Origin: an uncultured Chlamydiales bacterium
Lineage (GTDB): Bacteria; Chlamydiota; Chlamydiia; Chlamydiales; Rhabdochlamydiaceae
Reading direction: 5' to 3'
Length of the DNA stretch: 64,000 bases
Assembly (NCBI GenBank): GCA_963700985.1
Contig: OY969554.1
Location: 224,001-288,000, forward strand
In this document: positions 10,949 to 19,960 of the stretch, in pieces
Layout: each line of letters begins with the position of its first letter
How positions within the stretch are numbered: the first letter of the stretch is position 1
Program-made: the position numbers and the translations under genes
Notes under the pieces: generated by a model
Seen by the model: the letters and a program-made list of their open reading frames with translations, nothing else
Databases searched by the model: none
Told to the model about the DNA's origin: nothing

Positions 10949-11371
10949 ATGGATTACGCGATGGTAGGACCAGCTCTTGTGCTGGGAATGGGATGTGTTG
11001 GAAGCTCAATTGGTTGCGGGATCGCGGGTATGGCTTCTCACGCTGTTATGAGCCGTGTAGAAGAGAACCACGGGACATTCATCGGAATGTCAGCCGTTGC
11101 GTCTTCACAGTCGATTTATGCGTTCGTGTTTATGATTCTGCTTAAAGGCAGTATTCAAGCGAATACAACCTCAGCTGATGCAGGTATCGGAATTGGATTT
11201 GCCGTGGGCCTAGCGCTGCTCGTTTCGTCTGTCTATCAAGGCAAGTGCGCGGCATCGGGTATCCAAGCCTCTGCAAAACAGCCAGCTATCATTGGAAAAT
11301 GCTTCGCTGCGCTCGGAATCGTAGAATCTTTTTCACTTTTTGCATTCGTCTTTGGTCTACTTCTGATATAA
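10949..11371 (+). CDS. atpK: V-type ATP synthase subunit K (duplicated proteolipid)
   Basis: Four TM helices; SQSIY in hairpin 1, QG and VES (ion-binding Glu) in hairpin 2. Confidence 0.95.
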   Translation: MDYAMVGPALVLGMGCVGSSIGCGIAGMASHAVMSRVEENHGTFIGMSAVASSQSIYAFVFMILLKGSIQANTTSADAGIGIGFAVGLALLVSSVYQGKCAASGIQASAKQPAIIGKCFAALGIVESFSLFAFVFGLLLI

Positions 11372-11397
11372 GAAGTTTTTAGTTCCAAGAGGTATGT

Positions 11398-12792
11398 GTG
11401 AAGAAGCGTATCGAGACCGACAGCTTAGGGCAGGTAGAAGTTCCAGCCGATAAATATTATGGAGCACAAACTCAGCGCTCCATTGAAAATTTTCCAATTG
11501 GCACTGAGAAGATGCCGCTAGAGCTCATTCGAGCTCTAGCCATCGTGAAAAAAGCCTGCGCTATTGTAAATGCTGAACTCGGCCTGCTTCCTAAAGAAAA
11601 GAGCGATCTCATCGCAAGTGTTTGTGATGAGATTATTGCAGGCAAGCTAGACGAGCATTTTAAGCTGGTCGTCTGGCAGACCGGCTCTGGCACGCAGACG
11701 AACATGAACCTCAACGAGGTAATTAGCAACCGGGCCATCGAAAAAGCAGGTGGCGTGCTCGGCTCAAAAAATCCGATTCATCCCAATGATGATGTCAATA
11801 AATCTCAATCTTCAAACGATGTATTCCCCACGGCCATGCATGTGGCGGCAATCCTGGCGATCCGCGACCATCTTCAACCGAGCCTTGAAACACTTTTAAA
11901 AGGCTTTCAAAACAAAGCCGATGAGTTCAAGGATATTGTTAAAATCGGGCGCACACATCTCATGGATGCCACACCTTTAACGCTTGGACAGGAATTTTCT
12001 GGCTACGCCTCACAGATCGAGCATGGAATTCATGCGCTTAAAAATACCCTTCCACATCTTTCTGAACTCGCGATTGGAGGAACGGCTGTTGGCACTGGCA
12101 TCAATGCTCCTCCTAAATTTGCAAAACGCGTAGCCGAAGTGATCAGTGAGATCACCAAATATCCTTTTGTAACAGCGCCTAATAAGTTCGAGGCTCTTGC
12201 CTCTAACGACACGATTGTGGAAGCAAGTGGCGCTTTAAAGCGTTTGGCTTGCTCATTTATGAAGATCGCCAACGACATCCGTTGGTTAGCCTCTGGGCCG
12301 CGTTCAGGCCTAGGCGAGATTCTCATCCCAAGCAATGAACCGGGCTCATCAATCATGCCAGGCAAGGTCAATCCTACGCAAAGCGAAGCCATGACCATGG
12401 TAGCGGCGCAAGTTATGGGAAACGATGCGACGATCTCAATTGCAGGCTCTCTCGGAAACTTCGAGCTCAATGTGTTTAAGCCCGTCATGATTTATAATCT
12501 TTTACAATCGATCCGCCTTTTAGGCGACGTTTCCTTGAATTTTCATCAGCGCTGCCTCATGGGAATTAAACCCAATCTCAAACGTATCTCTGAGCATCTC
12601 AACAATTCACTTATGCTGGCCACAGCACTCAATCCTGTCATCGGTTACGATAAAGCTGCCAAAGTGGTGCAAAAAGCCTACGCCGAAGGCACCACACTCA
12701 AAGAGGCAGCCGTTGCTCTCGGCTTTTTAACACCCGAGAAATTTGACGAGGTCGTCGATCCCAAAAAGATGGTCAATCTCGATAAAATCTAA
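11398..12792 (+). CDS. fumC: Class II fumarate hydratase
   Basis: [23 protein letters not shown] and signature [14 protein letters not shown] start with GAGG RBS. Confidence 0.98.
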   Translation: MKKRIETDSLGQVEVPADKYYGAQTQRSIENFPIGTEKMPLELIRALAIVKKACAIVNAELGLLPKEKSDLIASVCDEIIAGKLDEHFKLVVWQTGSGTQTNMNLNEVISNRAIEKAGGVLGSKNPIHPNDDVNKSQSSNDVFPTAMHVAAILAIRDHLQPSLETLLKGFQNKADEFKDIVKIGRTHLMDATPLTLGQEFSGYASQIEHGIHALKNTLPHLSELAIGGTAVGTGINAPPKFAKRVAEVISEITKYPFVTAPNKFEALASNDTIVEASGALKRLACSFMKIANDIRWLASGPRSGLGEILIPSNEPGSSIMPGKVNPTQSEAMTMVAAQVMGNDATISIAGSLGNFELNVFKPVMIYNLLQSIRLLGDVSLNFHQRCLMGIKPNLKRISEHLNNSLMLATALNPVIGYDKAAKVVQKAYAEGTTLKEAAVALGFLTPEKFDEVVDPKKMVNLDKI

Positions 12793-12875
12793 ATCCATAC
12801 TATTTTTTTGCTTTTTAGATTTTCAAAATAGTGTTACTCTTTTTGGGAAGAAAATTTCCATCAAGGAGTTCACTT

Positions 12876-13262
12876 ATGACAACCCCAGCAAATAATGCAG
12901 GATGTGTTCACTCTCCATGCATTTGCGCACCAGTTTTAGTTGGAAGCGGAATTTTAGTCGGCGGAGTAGCCGCCGTTGCCGTAACTGGCGTTGCATCAAT
13001 CGGCGGAATGGTTTTTGGTGCGGTCTATCACGTCCTAGACAATCTTTCTGAATTAATTCCTGGTCATCCACTGGAGTTCAGCAAGATAGTGCGCGTAGTA
13101 GTTGCAGCAATTGCTGCATTTGTAGCTGCACTTGCAGTCGCATCTCTGGGAGGATATGAGATTGTGCTTGTTTCGGCTGCATTCACGGCGGCGCTTGCAA
13201 TTGCATTTTCGAATCTTTTCGCGCAGCTCGTATCTAGCGGCATGGGTTTGTTAAGACTCTAG
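12876..13262 (+). CDS. Small hydrophobic membrane protein, Inc-like
   Basis: Start at 12876 (AAGGAG RBS); four hydrophobic segments; PGHPLEFSKIVRV identical in the next gene. Confidence 0.8.
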   Translation: MTTPANNAGCVHSPCICAPVLVGSGILVGGVAAVAVTGVASIGGMVFGAVYHVLDNLSELIPGHPLEFSKIVRVVVAAIAAFVAALAVASLGGYEIVLVSAAFTAALAIAFSNLFAQLVSSGMGLLRL

Positions 13263-13284
13263 TCTTGTTAAGAGTAAGTATTTT

Positions 13285-13322
13285 ACAGGATTCGCTTCGC
13301 TTCGCTAAGCGGATCTTGTTTT
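13285..13322 (+). terminator. Hairpin followed by T-run, probable intrinsic terminator
   Basis: ACAGGATTCGCTT / AAGCGGATCTTGT stem (two G-U pairs), then T-run, downstream of the stop at 13262. Confidence 0.55.
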
Positions 13323-13421
13323 CTTGATTTAAAATAAAATTATGTTAGTTTTTTGTTTTTATTTAATCATCAATTATAGGAGGATTACTGATCTTTAAGT
13401 TTTTTATAATGGAGATCAATT

Positions 13422-13790
13422 ATGTCAGCGACTGGACCAATGGGTTTAACATGTTCTCAACGTGATGCAAATATTGTTTGTGGAGGATGTCTAGCAACTG
13501 GCGGAGCTATTATCGGTGCTACTGCTTCTGCACTTACAGGTGTGACAATTTTGACGGGAGTGATTTTTGGCGTGGTTTATCATCTTATCGATAACCTTTC
13601 GTTTTTATTGCCAGGTCATCCGTTAGAGTTTAGTAAGATAGTGCGGGTGGCTGTTGCTGTACTCGCTGCATTCGCAATTGCGCTTAGCGTAGCCACGCTG
13701 GCTGAATTTGAAATCACTTTAGCATCATATGCCATCATGGCGTTTATTGTAGTGGCTTTATCCAATTTAGCTGGTTTGGCGAATCCTTAA
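13422..13790 (+). CDS. Small hydrophobic membrane protein, tandem paralogue of 12876..13262
   Basis: GVIFGVVYHLIDNLSFLLPGHPLEFSKIVRV aligns with the preceding gene; GGAG RBS. Confidence 0.8.
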   Translation: MSATGPMGLTCSQRDANIVCGGCLATGGAIIGATASALTGVTILTGVIFGVVYHLIDNLSFLLPGHPLEFSKIVRVAVAVLAAFAIALSVATLAEFEITLASYAIMAFIVVALSNLAGLANP

Positions 13791-13805
13791 AACCTCTACA
13801 GGTTT

Positions 13806-14306
13806 TTAATGGTTGATGTGGATGCCGATTTTAGTCAGCAGATAGCGGCTGACTAAGATCGGATGTAGGAGGAAGAATTTAACCAGCATGACGTAGTTCA
13901 CGCCGTGGATCTCTTTCTTGAGCATCTCAGGATGGTTTAAAAGCGCGTCAGCGATCCAATCATGATAAAAATGGGGGATGAGCTTGGGCAGGTCATTAAG
14001 TGGGAAAAACGAGACGCCTTGGGTCTCCTCACTGCATTTCGCTTCACCTCCAATGATTGAGCATTCAAAGAAATATGTGCGCTGTGTCATGCGGTTAACC
14101 GGCAGATATTCGGCTACCTTGCGTACGATTTTCACTTGATATCCTGTCTCTTCTAGGACTTCGCGGCACGCGGCATCTTCCGGTGTCTCATTTTGATCGA
14201 TTCCGCCGCCGGCTAATACCCAAACTGGAATATCACGCCTTTTGACCAGCAGGATAGATTGGCGGGCTTCATCGAAAACGATTGTGCTCACAGCTTCTTT
14301 GATCAT
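13806..14306 (-). CDS. NUDIX hydrolase
   Basis: Nudix box GGIDQNETPEDAACREVLEETG. Confidence 0.92.
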   Translation of the reverse strand: MIKEAVSTIVFDEARQSILLVKRRDIPVWVLAGGGIDQNETPEDAACREVLEETGYQVKIVRKVAEYLPVNRMTQRTYFFECSIIGGEAKCSEETQGVSFFPLNDLPKLIPHFYHDWIADALLNHPEMLKKEIHGVNYVMLVKFFLLHPILVSRYLLTKIGIHINH

Positions 14307-14373
14307 GGATTGTACTGATTTGCCTTGAAAAAAAGGATTTTGTAGCCCTCAATATTAAAGCAAGTGAGCTGCA

Positions 14374-15075
14374 ATGTCGAATTTTAAAAAAATCCTTTGT
14401 TTTGGTCTGCTAGTCTGCCTAACTGGCTGCGGTCGGAGCTATCTGACCGTGCGTCAAGAATGGGTTGATAGCCGCTATCTTGCCAGCACCTATGTGGCTA
14501 CACCAGATCCGCGGCAAGCCAATCCTCCCATTGGACAGAAACTCATCCTACATTACTGGGTGCCATCTTGGGTGCTCGAGAAAAACCCTACGCTTGTTTT
14601 GCAAATCATCCATTGGGATTTTACAGAAGAGATCGTCAAATATCCGCTGAAGAAGCGCATCGGTTATGAGACCTATGCTCTGCTCAATAAAAAGTATGAA
14701 GAGACAGAAGGTCTTTTAACATACCGCGCGCAGATCGTGACAGATGATCAGCAGATTTTTTCTGAATGGAAGCATCAGCTCTGGGTTAATCTAATTCAGA
14801 TCGATGGCAAGACGATGGAGCCCGAACAAAACCCTGAGCTCAATCCAGAGATAATTCCCGATGATGACGACGCCTTTGATGAAGAGCTTTACGCTTTAGA
14901 TCCGGCTTTGGAAGAAGAAGCGGATTTAGTTGGCAAAATGGAAAAAAGATTGTTTGGAGCAGAGAGCAGCTCATCTGCTGATAAAATAAGCTCTTCTGTG
15001 GAAGCCCAGTCTAAACAAGGATCTGTGATCGAAACGCCATATTTGAGCGAAAGCTCATCATCTGATAGCGATTGA
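14374..15075 (+). CDS. Hypothetical lipoprotein with acidic C-terminal tail
   Basis: LTGC lipobox; 3' end overlaps the convergent DAHP synthase gene by 187 bp. Confidence 0.75.
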   Translation: MSNFKKILCFGLLVCLTGCGRSYLTVRQEWVDSRYLASTYVATPDPRQANPPIGQKLILHYWVPSWVLEKNPTLVLQIIHWDFTEEIVKYPLKKRIGYETYALLNKKYEETEGLLTYRAQIVTDDQQIFSEWKHQLWVNLIQIDGKTMEPEQNPELNPEIIPDDDDAFDEELYALDPALEEEADLVGKMEKRLFGAESSSSADKISSSVEAQSKQGSVIETPYLSESSSSDSD

Positions 15076-15965
15076 TTACCCGCGTATAAGTGGCTTTCGA
15101 GCATCAGACCCATGATCTGCTCATTTCCATTTTGAACTTGCTCGATTACCGCACCAAAAACCTCTTTCTGCTTCTCATGCACCTTTTGGCAATTTCCATG
15201 TGCGCAATCAATTAAAAGACGTGGGCGCAAATTGCGTGAACTGAGCTTGGAGCAGGCGTTGTTTACAGAGAGTGCATCATAGTTAGTTTGCGTCAGCGAG
15301 CCTCTGAGCACGAGATGAACCCATGGATTGCCGCGGCTCGTCGTTGAAGAAAGTCTTCCCTCTTCATCACAAGATAAGAAAGTGTGCGGGGAGGCGGCGG
15401 CTATTAAGCTATGCAGAGATTGGCCGATATCCCCATCCAAACCATTTTTAAAACCCACCGGGCAAGATAATGAAGAGGCGAGTTGGCGATGAGGCTGCGA
15501 GTAGGCTGTGCGCGCTCCGATAAAACCCCAAGTGACCAGATCATCTAAGTAGAAAGAGGCGAGAGGATCGACAAATTCCATGGCAGTTGGAATCTTGCGT
15601 TTGGCCAGCTCTAAAAAAAGTTTTCGCGACTCTCGCAGGCCCGTTTCGAGTGCGTGGGAACCATCGAGATAAGGATCGTAGAGCATGCCCTTCCAGCCAG
15701 TTGCCGTACGCGATTTTTCGACATAGACACGCATGACCAGAAAACAGCTCTCGTGCACGCGATGCGTGAGCTTAGCTAGCTGCTCAGCGTAGTTCAAAGC
15801 TGCATCGACCTGATGGATAGAACAGGGGCCAATAATAAGGGCTAGGCGCTTATCTTCCCCCGAGATGATTTTTTGTACAATCTTGCGACTATACTCAATA
15901 AAATCACGCTCTTGGGGAGCCAGCGGAAGTTCAGCTTTTAGTTCTTTGGGCGAAGGAAATCTCAT
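14889..15965 (-). CDS. aroG: 3-deoxy-7-phosphoheptulonate (DAHP) synthase, class I alpha
   Basis: GPCS, RVYVEKSRT..GWKG, IGART, GFKNG, DCAHGN, ESH, SITDPC; start placed at 15965 to avoid overlap with the divergent gene. Confidence 0.93.
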   Translation of the reverse strand: MRFPSPKELKAELPLAPQERDFIEYSRKIVQKIISGEDKRLALIIGPCSIHQVDAALNYAEQLAKLTHRVHESCFLVMRVYVEKSRTATGWKGMLYDPYLDGSHALETGLRESRKLFLELAKRKIPTAMEFVDPLASFYLDDLVTWGFIGARTAYSQPHRQLASSLSCPVGFKNGLDGDIGQSLHSLIAAASPHTFLSCDEEGRLSSTTSRGNPWVHLVLRGSLTQTNYDALSVNNACSKLSSRNLRPRLLIDCAHGNCQKVHEKQKEVFGAVIEQVQNGNEQIMGLMLESHLYAGNQSLSDDELSLKYGVSITDPCLDWASTEELILSADELLSAPNNLFSILPTKSASSSKAGSKA

Positions 15966-16023
15966 GAAATGGATCCTATCATAGCTCGCTAAAAATTCAA
16001 AGGATGAGGTAGCATAGTTAACC

Positions 16024-17409
16024 ATGAACATTTCTTCTATCGTTGCACTTCTCAATACGCTCGACAGCTATCTCTGGAATTATTGCCTCATCATTCTCCT
16101 TTGCGGTTTGGGAATTTTTCTTACCATCCGTTTAAAAGGAATGCAGCTGCGCTATCTGGCATATTCACTCAAGCTTGCATTCACACGGAATGATAAAGAT
16201 GCTGCAGGCGACATCAGTCAATTTCAATCTTTGATGACAGCGCTTGCTGCCACGATTGGCATCGGCAGTATTGCCGGTGTAGCCACTGCGATTGTAGCCG
16301 GCGGATTCGGAGCTATCTTCTGGATGTGGGTGATTGCGCTGATTGGAATGTCAACAAAGTTTGCTGAAGCCATCTTAGCTGTAAAGTTTCGCATCGTGGA
16401 TCACCGCGGCGAGATGTGCGGTGGACCTATGTATTACATCACACAAGGTTTGGGTTGGCGCTGGCTAGGGATTATCTTTGCCATTTTCGGCGCGCTCTCG
16501 GCTTTTGCCGGCGGCAACATGACCCAGTCGAATTCTATCGCGGCCGCCATGCAGGATCTCGTAGGCCTCTCTCCCACCTGGTGCGGCGTGCTGCTCATGG
16601 CCTTTACTTCTGTAGTCGTTCTTGGGGGGATTAAAACCATCGGCAAGGTGAGCTCTTATCTCGTGCCCATGATGGCTTTAATGTATGTCATCGGGGGCTT
16701 AATCATTTTAGTCGTGCGCTTTGATCGCGTGCCCGAAAGCTTATTAAACATCGTGCGCTGTGCTTTTACAGGCCAAGCAGCCTTCGGCGGCTTCTTAGGA
16801 GCCTCGATCATGGCAGCTGTGCAGATGGGAGTTGCGCGCGGGGTTTCTTCGAATGAAGCAGGCCTCGGCAGTGCGCCCATCGCCGCCGCTGCTGCGAAAA
16901 CCGATGTGCCAGGCCGGCAAGCGCTGATCTCGATGACAGGCGTATTTCTTTCTAGCCTCGTCGTCTGCACGATTACTGCGCTCGTGGTGGCTGTAACAGA
17001 TGTGCTCGGTATGGTTGGACCTGATGGACGTGTTTTAAACGGAGCTACGCTTGTGATGCAAGCCTTCCGTTCCGTTATCCCAGGCGGCGGCGCAATCGTG
17101 GCAGTTGGCCTCGTGCTCTTTGGCTATACCACCATCATCGGTTGGGCCTATTACGGAGAAAAATGTGTAGAGTTCATGGCAGGGGAGAAGACCCTGAAAA
17201 TCTACCGCCTGCTTTTCTGTGTGATGGCCTTTTTTGGTGCAATCATGAGCTTCGATATTGTCTGGCCACTTGTCGATATTATGAATGGTTTAATGGCACT
17301 TCCTAACCTCATCGGCCTCTTTGCCCTTTCCGGCATCGTCGTTGCTGAAGCAAACACCTTTTTTGCACTTCTGCGCCGCGAGAAATCAGCTGCCCAGCAA
17401 CCCAACTAA
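16024..17409 (+). CDS. Sodium:alanine symporter (AGCS family, AlsT/DagA)
   Basis: LAATIGIGSIAGVA, GGPMYY, SNEAGLGSAPIAAAAA, WAYYGEKC; many TM helices. Confidence 0.95.
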   Translation: MNISSIVALLNTLDSYLWNYCLIILLCGLGIFLTIRLKGMQLRYLAYSLKLAFTRNDKDAAGDISQFQSLMTALAATIGIGSIAGVATAIVAGGFGAIFWMWVIALIGMSTKFAEAILAVKFRIVDHRGEMCGGPMYYITQGLGWRWLGIIFAIFGALSAFAGGNMTQSNSIAAAMQDLVGLSPTWCGVLLMAFTSVVVLGGIKTIGKVSSYLVPMMALMYVIGGLIILVVRFDRVPESLLNIVRCAFTGQAAFGGFLGASIMAAVQMGVARGVSSNEAGLGSAPIAAAAAKTDVPGRQALISMTGVFLSSLVVCTITALVVAVTDVLGMVGPDGRVLNGATLVMQAFRSVIPGGGAIVAVGLVLFGYTTIIGWAYYGEKCVEFMAGEKTLKIYRLLFCVMAFFGAIMSFDIVWPLVDIMNGLMALPNLIGLFALSGIVVAEANTFFALLRREKSAAQQPN

Positions 17410-17433
17410 GTAGCATAAATATACCGGGTTTTT

Positions 17434-17859
17434 ATGGCTCAACCAGTTTCAATAGCATCTTTATCTGCCACAGCGCATTTAGCCTCAGATTTAATTGTCT
17501 GGCGCAATCATTCGGACGATTTTGCACATAAGTCTGTTGCAGAACTGGGCTTCGTTGGGTTAACTCTTCTTGGCATTGTTGAAACAGTCACACGTATTGT
17601 TCTATCCATTCTGGCGATCCCATTTACTTATTGCCTCTCTGACGATCAGAAAGATTTAAATGATCTGCTCACATTCCGTTTGCCCTTTGGAGCTTTTACT
17701 TCCGGTGTGGTGACAATTGGTTGTCTCATTGCGACCATACAAAATCTTTGCAATGAAAAATTTGAAGATGATGGTACTGCTCTTACTTGCTTGGGCAACA
17801 TCCATTATGCAATAAAAGATCGTTACAAAGAAATTGCTGCACAGGGTTCACATCCTTAA
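17434..17859 (+). CDS. Hypothetical membrane protein
   Basis: Two hydrophobic blocks; ELGF..VETVTR motif shared with the N-terminus of 25395..26810. Confidence 0.7.
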   Translation: MAQPVSIASLSATAHLASDLIVWRNHSDDFAHKSVAELGFVGLTLLGIVETVTRIVLSILAIPFTYCLSDDQKDLNDLLTFRLPFGAFTSGVVTIGCLIATIQNLCNEKFEDDGTALTCLGNIHYAIKDRYKEIAAQGSHP

Positions 17860-17865
17860 AGGAAA

Positions 17866-18546
17866 ATGAAGAGTTTACAAGCGCTGATTGTAGTTACGCC
17901 GAATTGGGACGCAGTGTCTGGTGTGCTTTATCGCTATGCGCGGGCATCTATTGCGCATGCTTGGGAGCGCGTGGGTTATTCCGTTCCTGTGAATATTGGC
18001 GAAAATGGCATGGCGTGGGGCATCGGTTTGCATCACAATGCCGATTTGAAAGGCGCATTTAAGAAAGAGGGCGATCGCAAGGCACCGGCCGGCATCTTTT
18101 CGCTTGTGCATGCCTTTGGCGATACTGCGCATCGTCCCTATGCTAAGCAGATCCCATACCTTCCCATCGAAAGAGATCTAGAGTGTGTGGATGATCCAAG
18201 CTCACGCTTTTACAATCAATTTGTACGCCGGAAAGCAGCCGAAGAGTCAGATTGGAAAAGTTCAGAAAAGATGGCTGAAGTTGGCTATCTTTATGCGCTC
18301 GGGCTTGTTGTAGGGCACAATATCGACTCTCCGCAACCGGGTTTAGGCTCTTGTATTTTCATGCACATCTGGCCCGATGCTAAAACTGGCTCTGCCGGGT
18401 GTACAATTATGGAAGAGAGTAATTTAATCGAAATCATCTCCTGGCTCGATATTGCCAAAGAGCCCTGCCTTATCCAGCTTCCCTCAGAAGAGTATGCCCA
18501 ACGGCAAGCCGCTTGGAATCTTCCTGATGTTCATAAATGTCTTTAA
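17866..18546 (+). CDS. YkuD/L,D-transpeptidase-like protein
   Basis: KKEGDRKAPAG, CVDDP..FYN, GSCIFMH...SAGC (catalytic His/Cys pattern). Confidence 0.8.
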   Translation: MKSLQALIVVTPNWDAVSGVLYRYARASIAHAWERVGYSVPVNIGENGMAWGIGLHHNADLKGAFKKEGDRKAPAGIFSLVHAFGDTAHRPYAKQIPYLPIERDLECVDDPSSRFYNQFVRRKAAEESDWKSSEKMAEVGYLYALGLVVGHNIDSPQPGLGSCIFMHIWPDAKTGSAGCTIMEESNLIEIISWLDIAKEPCLIQLPSEEYAQRQAAWNLPDVHKCL

Positions 18547-18676
18547 TTCACATATAGAGTCTTAATTTAAATTTTATTTATGCCGTTTATTAAATAATAA
18601 AAAGTTTAAATCTCTGTTTGAATTGTTCGGAAAGGCTGAATCATGATAAAATATTTACTTCAAAGTTTGGAGTATT

Positions 18677-19960
18677 ATGACGATCGCACAAACCACGTAT
18701 TATCCTGAGGGGGCTCGCTTTTCCAATGCGTTTGCTCAGGGGGCGGATTGGGCGGCTGAGCAACTCACTTGGTCGGGATTCAAGACGTTGGATTTAGCGC
18801 TTAAGCTCGTCGAACCATTTGCTCCGGGTGCACGCGAACAGTGGGCAACTGTGGCTACAGAGGTGATGCGTCGCGCTCTTCTGGCTTTTACTATTCTCCT
18901 GCTTATGCCACTCAATTTATTTGCTCCACTTGGTTTGGCTCTCCGCGCTTTGGCCCACATGGCAAAAGGGGATTTTGTTTATTTACAGCCAGCCGTAAAT
19001 CCCACACTGCCTGCGCAGCTGCCTGAGAAGCTCAAAATTTGCACGTTTAACGTAGCGGGCGGCCCAGAGTTTATGGTGACGAGCAATGGTCTTCGTCCTA
19101 CCTGTAATCGCGCCCAAGAAGCTGAAGCCGTAATTCGAGAACGCAATGATGATCTGATCTTTATGCAAGAGGCGTTCCAATCTAGCGTATTTGTTAAACA
19201 GGCGCGCAACTTGCAAGATCTTTTTCCTTATTCAGTTTGTGACGTAGGTTGCCAAACACTGGGATTAAGTTCAGGCTTAGGAATCTTAAGTAAATATCCT
19301 TTAGAGAATGTCACGTTTTGGGCGCATCCCGAAAGAGGCGGCATTGAGACTTGGGCTAACAAGGGCTTGCTCGCTGCAACCGTGCGTCTTACTCTCACAA
19401 AGGTAGCTTTTGTTTTTACCACCCACCTCAACGGTGGGGCTCCCGAGAGCCAAGGCGGAGGTCAGTACTTCCGAGCTGTTCAGATCGCGCAGATTAAGCA
19501 GAAAATTTCACACTACATACAGCAGCATCAGCCACAAGATTCGAGCGATGTAGTAGGCGCTTTCTTATGCGGAGATTTTAATACGGGGCCTGATGAAGGC
19601 AGTGCGCAAGCATCGCTCAATCCAGAATGGAAACCAGAGTTTTTTAGGCAAATGTTTGAAGAGTATTACGTGGGTGATGGCCCCGCCTATGCTGATGGAC
19701 GCGCTTTAAATGAGACGCAAAAATTTGGAACAGGATTCTGCACGGATAGCCTCGATGACAGAGTTACGGCTTGGGATACAGCGCGCATAGCCGAGTGGAG
19801 AATAGGAAGAGAGTGTTTGGATCACTTGCTCGTTTTGCAAAATCCGCCGCCGCGCATCAGTTTAGACCAAGGCGCGCAACCTAAGATTGTAAGAGATCAT
19901 ATGGACGGTGTCTCAGATCACTTGGCTGTTCGTGGTCAGTACACACTGATTCAAAATTAG
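18677..19960 (+). CDS. Membrane-anchored EEP-family phosphodiesterase, neutral sphingomyelinase-like
   Basis: [32 protein letters not shown] and SDH catalytic motifs; N-terminal hydrophobic anchor. Confidence 0.8.
   Translation: MTIAQTTYYPEGARFSNAFAQGADWAAEQLTWSGFKTLDLALKLVEPFAPGAREQWATVATEVMRRALLAFTILLLMPLNLFAPLGLALRALAHMAKGDFVYLQPAVNPTLPAQLPEKLKICTFNVAGGPEFMVTSNGLRPTCNRAQEAEAVIRERNDDLIFMQEAFQSSVFVKQARNLQDLFPYSVCDVGCQTLGLSSGLGILSKYPLENVTFWAHPERGGIETWANKGLLAATVRLTLTKVAFVFTTHLNGGAPESQGGGQYFRAVQIAQIKQKISHYIQQHQPQDSSDVVGAFLCGDFNTGPDEGSAQASLNPEWKPEFFRQMFEEYYVGDGPAYADGRALNETQKFGTGFCTDSLDDRVTAWDTARIAEWRIGRECLDHLLVLQNPPPRISLDQGAQPKIVRDHMDGVSDHLAVRGQYTLIQN

Noticed and set aside
15966-16055. Longer N-terminus for DAHP synthase starting at 16055
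   Set aside because: It would overlap the divergent symporter start and leave no promoter space; similarity to the family begins near 15965
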